Source: Girardia tigrina (taxonomy: Eukaryota). Taken from it: 64,000 bases of DNA. Below the pieces are notes generated by a model, which saw only the letters and a list, made by a program, of their open reading frames with translations, did no database searches and had not been told where the DNA came from. This document shows positions 54,195 through 64,000 of this stretch, in pieces; the first letter of the stretch is position 1; each line of letters begins with the position of its first letter. The stretch spans positions 6,643 to 70,642 of the forward strand of contig MQRK01218062.1 in the NCBI GenBank assembly GCA_001938485.1, given 5' to 3'. The translations under genes and the position numbers were made by a program.

Positions 54195-57100
54195 GTTATT
54201 TTAAGGCAAATTAGTATTCGTCTAAAATATATTTATTGAAATACATTTTCATATCTGTATATAAAAATTAAAAATTAGATGCACAAGGTTTTTCCTGCGG
54301 AATCATTTTTAATAATCCATAGTAATAGTTATGTAGTTTTATTTTGTCTTATTTTTATATATTTTTTCATACATTTACTGTTTTTAGGAGGTTTAATATA
54401 GTATTGAAGAGGGAATTGTGATTTAAATAATAATTGTATTATTTTAATGGTACGATTGTATTAGCGATAATTGTATATTTAAATATGATTTTCACTGTTT
54501 ACAGCTAAAGAAGAAATTAATAACCCGATCAATATTAAATAATATTATATATTAAAAAATTATTTTAAAAATATTATAAATAATATTAAAAAACGGATAC
54601 AAGATATTTTATAAGTTTAATTTTTCAAATATTTTGATAAAATGATTTGAAGAAATTTTAAGTTAATAAAATAGTTAGTAAATTAAGTTAAAAAAACGAA
54701 ATAAATGGATTATTTAAAAATTATTTTTTTAAAATTTTATATAGAGTAAATTGATAACATTTGAACGAGTAATAAAAATATGTATAAATTTTAACAAAGA
54801 TTCAAAGAATAAATATTTTTAGAATGAAGTAAAAAAATAAAACATAAAATATTTAACTAGAAAAAACCAATTAAAAATAAATAAAAATATTCAAAATAAA
54901 GGTCAAATGAAAATGTCGATTTTATATTAAAAAAAATTTGAAAAATAAATAATATCAAAATATTTAAATGTAAAATTTTTTCTTTGCTTTTTAAATTTAA
55001 TTAATTGGTTTTTTTAAATATTTAATTTAATAAATTATACATAAATCATAGTTTCAATGAAGTTTACAATATCTTTTCTGAATTTTGACATGAATATGAT
55101 TATATTTACTTGATGCTCCTTGGAAAATTATTATAAAGAAAGTCTTTTTACTTCTAATTCATTAATTAAAAGAGAAAAAAAGGATAAACCGAAAGAAAAT
55201 TTTCAGTCGACTGGGGAAAGAAATCGAAGAGTGATTTATTTGGGCCGCTTCAAACTTTATAAAAAGAAAGAAAATTCTTTTTTAATTGTTCATTAATTTA
55301 TATCATTTGCCTGTCTCAGTAAATATCATTTTGCATTAAAAGGAAACGTTGATTGCCTTTGATGTCCATGTGGCAATCGTCGACCGGTATCCTATTCCAC
55401 CAACAACTGCTTTTGCATGGAAATTAACATTGAAGCCAAATCTTTTTTTTGATAATTAGACGCAATTTTAGACGTCTTTTTAACAACAAAAAATACATTT
55501 CGATGTGTATTTTTTCAATTTTTTGTCGATTTTACATTACAAATTATTTTTTTAAAAATGTTTTAATAAGAAAAATAAAAAATTTTGTCTATATAAAAAT
55601 TGTTTTTATTTTTATTGAAAAATAAAAAATAATTTCATTTTGTTTCCCAACAAAGAAATTCTGTCTGTTATTTTTACCGTCCCCCCTCGAGAAAAACCAA
55701 AGAAAAATAATAAAAATTTAATCTTTTCTTTCTTTTTCTATTTTATATAAACGAATTTCATTATCGAAATAGTAAATCATTTTTGTTATCGAAATAAGGA
55801 TGACATAAAAATGTCAAAAGTTTGAATTTTTTATTTAATTAAAATTTATTTTTTATTATTTATTAAAATTTATTGAAAAATATATTTTTGATTTGTTTTT
55901 TTAACGTAAATAATACGAAAAAAATTTTAAAGATTGAATTGTTTTTAATTATTATTTTTAATTTTTATTTTAATTAATTATTTTAAAAAATAAATTTAAA
56001 ATGAATGATTAAAAAATTCATTAGATAAAATTTAATAAAAAATAAAAGATAATAATATTCAATTGTTAAGGATTTTAATTCATTTTCTTAATTATTTTTT
56101 TACATCATAAAAAACAAATAATCTGTATTTAAATAAATAAAAGACATCTGTTTTTAATCTGTTTTTTTTCCAAGGAGTTATTGAGACCGGTCAATGGAGT
56201 GCTTGGAGCTCATGGTCGAAATGTTCAGGAGAAACGAAACATAAAAAACGACAAAGACTATGTACCAGTAAAATTCAATGCGTTGGAAACGGAGAAGAGT
56301 TCTTGCGTTGTTCCGATCCAATTAATGATGGTTTGTTATAAAAGTTTCTTTAAATTTATTATAAAATGCATATATATATATATATATATACATATATATG
56401 TTGATTTAAATATTTGAAAAATTATTATGAATTATCTTTAAGACTTAAAACGATCATCAAAATTTAGTGCGATTAATTTCAACGGATCAACCATCATCAT
56501 CAAGCGAAACTAGATCAATACTAAAATACTGACCTTTATATATCGAAAGTTAGTTTACATAATCATTGCATAATTATTACAACATCAGAATATTTTCAAT
56601 AAAGTAGAAGAGGATTGTGTTTACACGTTGATTTTTGGATCAAGAGTCTTAATCGTCAGTGCTTCCCACGTCCCCCTCTCCCAGTAATTATAAAATTGTG
56701 AAAACAAAATTTTAAAGTTACTTAAATTTACACAATCTAAACATTTCATTCTATGTTGAGCAATATAACTATCACCCTCTTTTCGATTATGTTCCTGAAT
56801 CCATTTACAGAGATGGTGACAAGTCTCTCCAATGTATGTGGCGTCACACCCATTACATTTTAACTGGTAAACTAAATTTGAACGTAAATCGTTATGAGTG
56901 GTTGATTTACTGCTAAAAATACTTCTTTCTTTACTTGACTTAGAAAGGATTTTCATAGTTTAATAAATTATCTTTGTCAAATTTTATAATCAAATTCTTG
57001 AATAACTTGAAATCCTCAGAAAAGATACCTTTAAAATTTAATCACAACATAAATTAATCGTTTCACACAAGGAATTTTGGTGAAAAAATTTACAATATCA

Positions 57101-60100
57101 GAAGAAACCAGTAAGTTATTCCTCGATTCAAGATTAGAAAGCAGTTCAAAAATTCAAAACTATCCCGGCAAGTATTTTGATGATCGCTTTTCGTCCTATA
57201 TATATGTTTTATATTAACATATAGATTTGTATGACAAGTATTCCTATGATCCATATAAGCTAGTAAATAATGCGCATTTTCTAAATACCATTTTGAAACA
57301 AGTGTACCATAAACAAATACAAGTAAGCGAAATAATCTTTCATTCATTAACTCGCATTAAAGTTTTTGTTTTCATTGCACCAACAGATAATTTTGTTAAA
57401 AGTTTTAGTTTAATAAGTAAATCTCTAATAATCTCTCATCGTTTATTTTTAATACGAAAAAGACAATTATCTAAGAGATTAATGCGGCAGAATTTGTATC
57501 ATGGAGGGGCTGGATATTTATGTTCATCAGCATCATTCTTCTCAAATGTAGATTCAAAACTCATAAAATTTAGAAAATACAGAGACAAAAGGAAGAAGCC
57601 ATTTTACCTTCCATTTATCTTGGAAGAGAGATCTCAGATGTTTCTAATGATTTTCCTAGTCACTAGTCAGTCACCTAGAATCTCGCTGACCGGATGTTTA
57701 TCACTTAAAATATTATTACTGTGACTTTATTTCAACTTATTCACTATTTAAAGTCAGTCTTTGTACCAAATATTCGATTCATTGACTGGTCAAATATTCA
57801 AATTGAATATATGAGAACGCTATTGCATTAATATTGTAATGCGGCTCATCACAAAATGGTGGCTGCCAAAAATTAATCTTCAAATCGGTTAAAACATATT
57901 GCATCACGCATCAAAAAGAGAGATGTAAACAGCACATTACAAACATTAGTTACAGTGTAACTATATCAACGAAGGTTTCTGCCATTGCGGTTAAGACCAT
58001 TTAATTATATCAGATTCTATTATTTGTCTACTTCAGCGAATATCTGTCCAGAAATGGTTTACCAAGTTTATATCAGATGTCAGTGCTTATCTCTTCACAT
58101 TACTGATCATGTTTTTATGTTTTAAATTAGCTTGCTTTCTATATATATATATATATATATATATATTCATGGAATTTAGAAACCTTTTTTTGAAGGCCTT
58201 CAACTCAATCAATTTTCTCCTGTCTTTGCACATCTACTCATTTTCGATGACAATAAATGATAATGTGAAAATTTGATCAAAAAATTAATTAAGTTAACTA
58301 AATTTCAATTTTCTATTTTCCAAACATTTTACAATAGACGAGACGTGTATGTGTTACTGTTTCCACGAATTTGGTTGGCCAAGTAGAGCTCTGCCCACAT
58401 AAGGCATGGATATAAAAAATTGTTTTTGATTTACAAGTTCAATGAAAATTCGAGTTAATAAATCTCACATAGTTCTTTCAATTGTGAAAAAGTAAGTTAA
58501 GACCTAGATAAGTGTTATCAACGCTAAACTGAACGAGAAATACTTCTTTATGACAAGCAACCCTATCGTCTCAGTGATTTCAGTTTCAGGACAGAATATG
58601 TACAGTAGAATGTTTTAATATTAACATGACCTAAGAAACACGGGCTGTTAATTACCTTGATTACATTACAACATAACGTTTATTTAAACGAAAAATTATG
58701 TCACGGAGAAAAATTTCAGGTCGTCAGCTTGCAGAGACGTAGCTCCCAGTGGGCATATTTCGGATCGGGTTCCAGCATCGTATCTTTGCTCGGTCGACAG
58801 TCCAGAAAAGGCTTCCGTTCTGACGTGATTAGTCTTTCAGTCCGTGTTTGATATATCGTCTGATCGTTGTTCTTTTCCCCGAGCGCGGCAGGATCCATTT
58901 GTTGTCATGTATTGTCATTTCAATCTCGACTAGGTTAAGTTAATAACCAATTTGTATCGTAGCCATTTGTTCAATCGATTTTATTTTATGGACACTTAGA
59001 CCTCGTTAATTAGGCCCTTGGGGTCACTGAAGGTCCAGAGCGTGCTGCAGAACGTTGTATTAACAGTGCCGGTTATCCCCTTTCGGATGTTTTTATACTG
59101 CAAGTCCAGAGCGGTCCATAATAGGACGTTGAGTCAGCAGGGTGTTTACTTCTTGTCCCTGAAGTTTATCCATCGATATGAACGGTGCCTCGAACATAAG
59201 TAAGGGTCTAATTGCGTTTTGGATGCTGAGCATCCTGTCGAGATTGAATGATCAGATCGTCTGCTGAAAAGCAATTATTTTCTTCAAGGAGAAATTAAAC
59301 TGCCAGAAAAGAACATATCAAATATCAGTTCTTATCCAATTGGAATACAGTGATTGACGAAATTGCAGAAGATACTCCCGTTGCTTGAAGTAGGTCCCGC
59401 GGATAACGATGGTCCAACCCTGAATGATATATCAACCGCCCAAACTATTCTGCACAAATTTAACAGGAGTAGTTCAGGCTTATTAATACACAATATACTG
59501 AGTAGACACTAAAATATGCACACAGGCAACATTTATTATTTCAATCTCGCATCACGCGTGCACTAATGTGACAAAGTCCACCAAGAGGGTCGTAGTTCCA
59601 GAATGCGCACAACATTTTAACAGCATTCTTTAATGTCCCCCTCCGCAAATGACGCACTCAAGATTACAGCCAATAACAAATTTCAATAGTAATCTCAAGT
59701 GTTCACCAGAATGCGTACAACATTTTAACAACATTCATAGTTACTACCGCCATTTACCAGCGCTTAATTGAATTTCTTCACATTGACATTCATGGCACTG
59801 GGCAGAAATCACATTGCGTCAAAGCCGTTCACCAGCCATCGCAATGCTTTTTGATTACATTGAGAAATTATTATAATTATAAATTATTCTAAAATAATAA
59901 AATCAATGACAAATATGCATAAATTAATAATAAAAAACAACTCCTATATATCAGAAGTAAAGAATCTTTTGAAACCAAATTCAGATTTCCTTTACAAGTG
60001 AATAGGCCAAAACTTAGTGTCTGATTCCCAAAGTCAACAAGCAAATTAATCTTGTCCAACTATTCCTTAATTAAAAATGGTTCATAATTCGAATACAGAA

Positions 60101-63055
60101 TATAAAGAGATTTGTGTGAGATCATCAAGTTATTTAATTTACATAATTATAGAGATTTATTGTTTTTCAATTCAATTATTTTGTTTTCACTCAGTACCAT
60201 AGAAAAATTTTACATCGGTTGATTTCTTTTCTTATTATTTCATCCTTTTCCCTTGTCTCTATCTATTATCTAAAGTTCTTTTTCTCTTTCCGTTCAGTGT
60301 GAGATTAAAAACAGTTGAGGCCCATAGGTAGTTAAAATTTAGGAGCCCCGACGAGAGTACCAGATCCATATCACAATTTGCGAATTTAACCGTCAAGTAC
60401 TTTCTTAGTGTTTGTAAGTAGTTTAGCCTATTTTTTTCACTGTCAGTCGCGTAGCCGCTAGCAACGTAAAGGTTGATATGTTGTAATCAGACACCGATGC
60501 CGTGCGATTTTCATTGGCGGCGGCGCACTGGGTTACTTTTACTGTACTATTTTTGGCAGTAAGTAACAATTCTGGAGTTGAGTAAATTTGAGTCAATCAT
60601 AAAAGAAAAAGAGTAACATTTTGACAGTAAAATGTTGATGAAAAAAAGTTTTGTTAAAATTAATGACGATATTTTTGAATATTCATTAATCCACAAAATA
60701 CTTGATTAGTTGGTTTTTCATTATAAGGTGTGTCCACTAAAAAGTGCACCATCATAACTTTTTAATTAGATCTTCAAATTGACGGAAATCTGAACAAAGA
60801 CTAGATCATAATAACACAATAACTATTTTATTATATCAAACTATTAAGGCCATAAGAGTTAGCAAGCATTATTCTTTGTCTAAAATTTGCAAATAATGTC
60901 CCAAAATATAAATTGTTAAACTGCTTTGCTTTAGTATTGATTCTGCGAATCAACTGGTCTTCAGAATCGGCAGTCCAACCCTTTTCATAAACCTTCTTTA
61001 AATGAGCCCAAAACTTTTCAATTGGGCGTATTTGGGGAGCACAAGGTGGATTCGAATCTTTTTTGACAAATGGAATTTTGTTGTCCTCTAAGCACTTCAG
61101 ACTTGCTTTGTCTTAGTGACAAGAAGCAAGATCTAGCCAGAAGATGAAGTGACCAGCTGGGTATTTCTCATTCAGATAAGGAAGCAAACGCTTCGTTAAG
61201 CACTCGCTGATATAAATATCCGAATTAGAAACTACAAATATCCATTTCCTGATGTACAGGTTTGAAATGCCTCTTCTGGAAACAGTTACCCAAACCAAAA
61301 CTTTTACTGTGAATTTCTCTCGAAATTTAAGGCGAATATTATCAGGTACATCACTGAACTTCTTTTGGTCCACATAATAACCCGATGTCATTGCTCCGGT
61401 AAGTGTAAAATACGACTCATCATCAAGTACAAAGTCGGTTTTGGTCTTTTCCACAACAATTTTAGCGAGATTTTGCAACCTGGCTTTCTAGCGAATAATC
61501 TGTGTTGGAGTAACCTTTGGGGCTTCTTTCCTCTTTAGAAACACTATGTTATTAGTCTTGAGCATCTTATGCACGTAAGACTTTGAAACATTCATTTCTC
61601 TACCTAACTTTCTCACACTTTGTCCAACAGTCAAAGTTGCACGCTGCAGAAGTCTCTTCCTTTTGTCTGGCGTCATTTTATCAGGTTTCCTTCCACTTCC
61701 TACTTTTCTTTCAATGCTGCCGGTCTTCTCATAGCGTTGTATTATTGCATATATACCTCTTCTGGAAAAATGAATGCCAGTAAACTTTGNNNNNNNNNNN
61801 NNNNNNNNNNNNNNNNNNNNNNNNNNNNNNNNNNNNNNNCTGCCGGTCTTCTCATAGCGTTGTATTATTGCATATATACCTCTTCTGGAAAAATGAATGC
61901 CAGTAAACTTTGTCACAGTCTCACTTTTACTGTGCGTTTTGCAAAAATTGATTATATCTTCATGTGGTTTTAAAATCATTATAATTGTCTCTAAAATAAA
62001 ACATATTAAACCAAAAAATTTAAATACCTGCTTTACTATTTCTAACCTATTAAAACAAATATTTAAATTCCAAATTTACGAAATTAAATAATATTACATT
62101 AAAAAGTTATGATGGTTTTAAAACTTGTGCACTTTTTTAGTGGACACACCTTAGTTAGGATTAATTTATTAAATTATTTTATTAATTTAGTATTTCACTC
62201 CGGATGGACGCAATGGTTCAGTTCAACGAGTGCTAACGTGTTCAATAGCTTCCGAGCCAAATGTATTGTCAATAATTTCGTGTCAATTCCAAGCATCGAA
62301 ACGAGAGAAATGTTTTGCGGAAATTCTTGTCCGAGTAAAATATAAAATATAATTGAAATATTTTATAAATCACCCAAAACACGAAAATTGTTAATTCCTG
62401 GATCAAACAGTGCCACTGATTCCCCTTTAACATAAGATTGCAGTAGTTTACATCTTGTCATTCTTCTAACAAAAATTGGCAAATAAACTTAAGAAAATTT
62501 ATCGAATTCCTCAGCAAAGTATAAACAAAATGAAGAGCCCCATATTTGGATTTATAAATAAATCTCCAAAAATGTCAAATTATTCTCTGTTGAAGTACCC
62601 TAGAAAAAAAAAGATTTTTTCCTTCTTTTACTTTCATAAACCGAAGCAATTTCGATAATTTCGTGCCAGGTTTTATATTTTCGCATTTCGTTTACTAAAA
62701 ATTGTTTTTTAATGGGACAGTTTGTTTTTTGTTTTCCGTGTCAATTATATTCGTATTCTTAGACAGAAGTTTTGGTCTTGCAAATTATATTATTTATGTC
62801 GATTGGAAATTAGAAAAATCGCAAAATTCAATATAAAAACATCATTTGTTTTAAAAAAAACAAAAATAATAGTTAAAATAAATGTTCTTTTATTTGTAGA
62901 TAATGTAATGAAGTGGACGAAATGGTCCGACTGTGGAGCGTCCACCATCCAATATCGCTTGTTAAATTGCTCAAAACTTTCTGAATGTCCTACGGAAAGA
63001 ATCCAAATTCAGAATTGCGAGTCCAATTCCCCCAGTAAATTAATGAATGATCAAA
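41518..63055 (+). CDS. Sema5: Class-5 semaphorin-like gene (Sema + PSI + TSP1 repeats), partial, 11 exons, ~708 aa visible
   Basis: Exons 41518-41626, 45673-45751, 46409-46549, 46602-46821, 50666-50987, 51814-51955, 52009-52329, 53799-54132, 56175-56330, 62191-62334, 62900-63055 (or 63034). All have AG/GT ends and phases join without stops. Sema motifs EVYFVVSE, TRIIRICKKDEGG, TAAKANLICP, LCYY...FNGP; PSI domain; WSxWSxWSKC TSP1. Confidence 0.88.
43040..43516 (+). mobile_element. RTE-clade LINE 3' fragment
   Basis: FLYGCESWT...LKAFEMKCYRRMLKITW...RRKLEFYGH...GERTKGRPKRQW; ends in an (AAAG)n tail. Confidence 0.88.
43840..44530 (+). mobile_element. IS630/Tc1-like transposase remnant
   Basis: LMF*DEVDF ... 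MDNARI ... FLAPYS ... ENCFLKWK; heavily decayed. Confidence 0.65.
44565..45163 (-). mobile_element. 5' half of a mariner
   Basis: TA+CTTAGGCTGCCCCAAAAGT terminus; ORF 44653-44985 (DDSSRSGRP) followed by WVPHEL at ~44575. Confidence 0.85.
45673..45751 (+). CDS. Sema5: Sema5-like exon
   Basis: tttag|NTIAELDCDTMKLIRNYTYEMCPPGK|gtaaga; phase 2 to 0. Confidence 0.75.
46409..46821 (+). CDS. Sema5: Sema5-like exons 46409-46549 and 46602-46821 (52-bp intron)
   Basis: EHVCEEKII...HTNCLVPK | NNILTESLKWQKSGFTSNNPNF...FYFE; canonical splice sites. Confidence 0.8.
50666..50987 (+). CDS. Sema5: Sema5-like exon (Sema core)
   Basis: NAEFLEAFQTNNEVYFVVSE...TRIIRICKKDEGG...FGTAAKANLICP. Confidence 0.9.
51814..52329 (+). 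CDS. Sema5: Sema5-like exons 51814-51955 and 52009-52329 (53-bp intron)
   Basis: GKVLCYYDNFAFIKAFNGP... | CKKLEKGSLTDDQR...ILILTDNRFL...; AG/GT ends and phases fit. Confidence 0.85.
52727..53695 (-). mobile_element. mariner (Hsmar1/cecropia-like TIR) in a Sema5 intron, mostly in a gap
   Basis: TIRs TTAGGTTGGTCGAAAAATAATGGCG, TA TSD; C-terminus FYADGIKQLVSRWQKCIDANGSCFD*. Confidence 0.92.
53696..53768. repeat. (TAATA)n microsatellite
   Basis: Pentamer run directly after the mariner TIR. Confidence 0.95.
53799..54132 (+). CDS. Sema5: Sema5-like exon (PSI + degenerate TSP1)
   Basis: NCGNFNTKASCLKDSPNICGWDKRTLTC (PSI) ... WSASQIC...KCVC...ITNCS|gtaagt. Confidence 0.9.
56175..56330 (+). CDS. 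Sema5: Sema5-like exon (TSP1), missed by the ORF track
   Basis: GQWSAWSSWSKCSGETKHKKRQRLCTSKIQCVGNGEEFLRC; phase 1 to 1. Confidence 0.92.
56465..57900 (-). mobile_element. Decayed PLE (N-term, RT thumb, GIY-YIG, pLTR) with degenerate hammerhead at 56467-56506
   Basis: ORF 56621-56956 VYQLKCNGCDATYIGETCHHL...EH...IAQH; ORF 57090 SKWY motif; tTGATGA-t-gatgg-ttgat-ccgtt-GAAA-ttaa-T-C. Confidence 0.88.
58167..58440 (-). repeat. Dispersed repeat, copy 2, adjoining (TA)n
   Basis: Reverse complement of 11690-11975. Confidence 0.8.
58699..59573 (-). mobile_element. Possible solo LTR
   Basis: GC-richer island bounded by TGTCAC...GTGACA; minus-strand TATAAAA ~59095 and AATAAA ~58982; no TSD. Confidence 0.35.
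59735..59858 (-). pseudogene. 28S: 28S rRNA fragment (up to helix 69)
   Basis: Minus strand aaagcattgcgatgg...ttgacgcaatgtgatttctgcccagtgc..tgaatgtcaatgtgaagaaattcaa..aagcgc.ggtaaatggcgg.agtaactatga matches conserved eukaryotic LSU rRNA with several substitutions. Confidence 0.92.
60726..62151 (-). mobile_element. Tc1-like DD37E transposon, copy 2, with both TIRs
   Basis: TIRs AGGTGTGTCCACTAAAAA.GTGCAC, TA on both sides; near-identical to 35535-36756; premature stops at ~61488 and ~61113; IRPIEKFW. Confidence 0.95.
62191..62334 (+). CDS. Sema5: Sema5-like exon (atypical TSP1-like repeat)
   Basis: SGWTQWFSS...SFRAKC...FCGNSCP resembles the WTPW...RFRxTC repeat of class-5 semaphorins; phase 1 to 1. 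Confidence 0.8.
62900..63055 (+). CDS. Sema5: Sema5-like exon (TSP1)
   Basis: KWTKWSDCGASTIQYRLLNCSKLSECPTERIQIQNC; donor at 63034 or 63055. Confidence 0.85.
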
Positions 63056-63109
63056 GTAATTATTATTTTAAATGTTAATAAATTGAAATAAAATTGGCAA
63101 GTTATTAAT

Positions 63110-64000
63110 ATCAAAACTTGAGAGCCAATTAAAAACGTTTATTAATTTCGACGGTTTAACCGTCATCGTCAGAACAAATGATTTTTCAAACGAAATTTAC
63201 TTATATAGTGCAGTTAATGATTATGCAATCAATACGTAATCAGTACATCATTTAAAAACTCTCAACAAAGTTGTAGAGAGTGCAGTTTGAATGTTAATTT
63301 TAGGATCCAAAGATCTAATATATAACGCTTCACACGTCACTCTCTCCCAATAATTTTTAAATTGAGTGCACAGAATTTTAAAGTGTTGTGAATTTATATC
63401 TCCTTTACATTGTCTTCTATGTCCTGCAATGTTACTTCCACCTTCATTACGACTGTGTTCCTGGATTCTCTTACAGAGATGACGTGAAGTCTCTCCAATG
63501 TATGTGGCGTTACACCCATTACATGTATATTGGTAAATGAGATCCGAACACAATCCCAATGGCGTTGGAGTTTTATTGCCGAACATGTTTTCAATTTTCT
63601 GGGTACGGGATATTACTTTTTAATTTTGAAACATTCATAATTAAAAAATTAAACAAAGTTTCAACCTTGGATTGAAGTTTAAATTTATTAATTTTCTTTC
63701 TAATTCCATGCTTTGGACCATACTTTAATATATTTAATTCATCATCGGTTAAATCAATGTTACTTAAGTTTAAAACAGTATTTTTAACATTAAATTTAAA
63801 AACACCAAACAATTTCNNNNNNNNNNNNNNNNNNNNNNNNNNNNNNNNNNNNNNNNNNNNNNNNNNNNNNNNNNNNNNNNNNNNNNNNNNNNNNNNNNNN
63901 NNNNNATAACAAAAATCACCACTTACATTATTAAGGAGGTTTCGATTGATTGTCAGAAGTCTGATAATTTCGTTTCGTCTTTGCTTTTCTTTTTCCAACA
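63110..64000 (-). mobile_element. Internally deleted PLE (N-terminal region joined to GIY-YIG, no RT) with pLTR
   Basis: 63591-63998 VLNLSNIDLTDDELNILKYG; 63248-63586 IYQYTCNGCNATYIGETSRHLCKRIQEH...ERVTCEALYI...PKINIQ. Confidence 0.9.
63135..63176 (-). ncRNA. Minimal type I hammerhead ribozyme
   Basis: tgtt-CTGACGA-t-gacggt-taa-accgtc-GAAA-ttaa-T-A-aacg: intact core, 6-bp stem II, palindromic ATTAAT helix III; ~70 nt after the GIY-YIG stop. Confidence 0.88.

Noticed and set aside
58705-58735. Minus-strand CTGACGA-cct-GAAA as a hammerhead, or ADDLKFF as an RT motif
   Set aside because: No stem II or stem I, and no other RT motifs in frame
61718-61912. Apparent internal duplication in the DD37E transposase
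   Set aside because: Identical sequence on both sides of an N gap and absent from copy 1, so an unmerged contig overlap

Overview
AT-rich, gapped eukaryotic (metazoan) scaffold. The ~50-bp introns and the repeat content suggest a flatworm such as a planarian, but that is inference. The right third holds a divergent class-5 semaphorin gene on the + strand: 11 phase-consistent exons from 41518 to ~63055 encoding Sema, PSI and TSP1 domains, with both termini unresolved. The rest is mostly transposon debris: four mariners, two DD37E Tc1-like copies, pogo/Tigger, hAT remnants, a hAT MITE, a Ty3/gypsy gag-protease fragment and an RTE LINE tail. Many Penelope-like element (PLE) fragments are present, and their 3' pseudo-LTRs carry minimal hammerhead ribozymes (at least 8 motifs, 3 apparently intact). 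Several PLE tails end in (TA)n tracts, and one forms a fold-back palindrome. Also present: a TGT...ACA long-TIR element family with a 5-bp TSD that carries an unexplained Cys-rich ORF, a histone H2B pseudogene retaining its 3' stem-loop, and an orphan 28S rRNA fragment ending just before the R2 insertion site.
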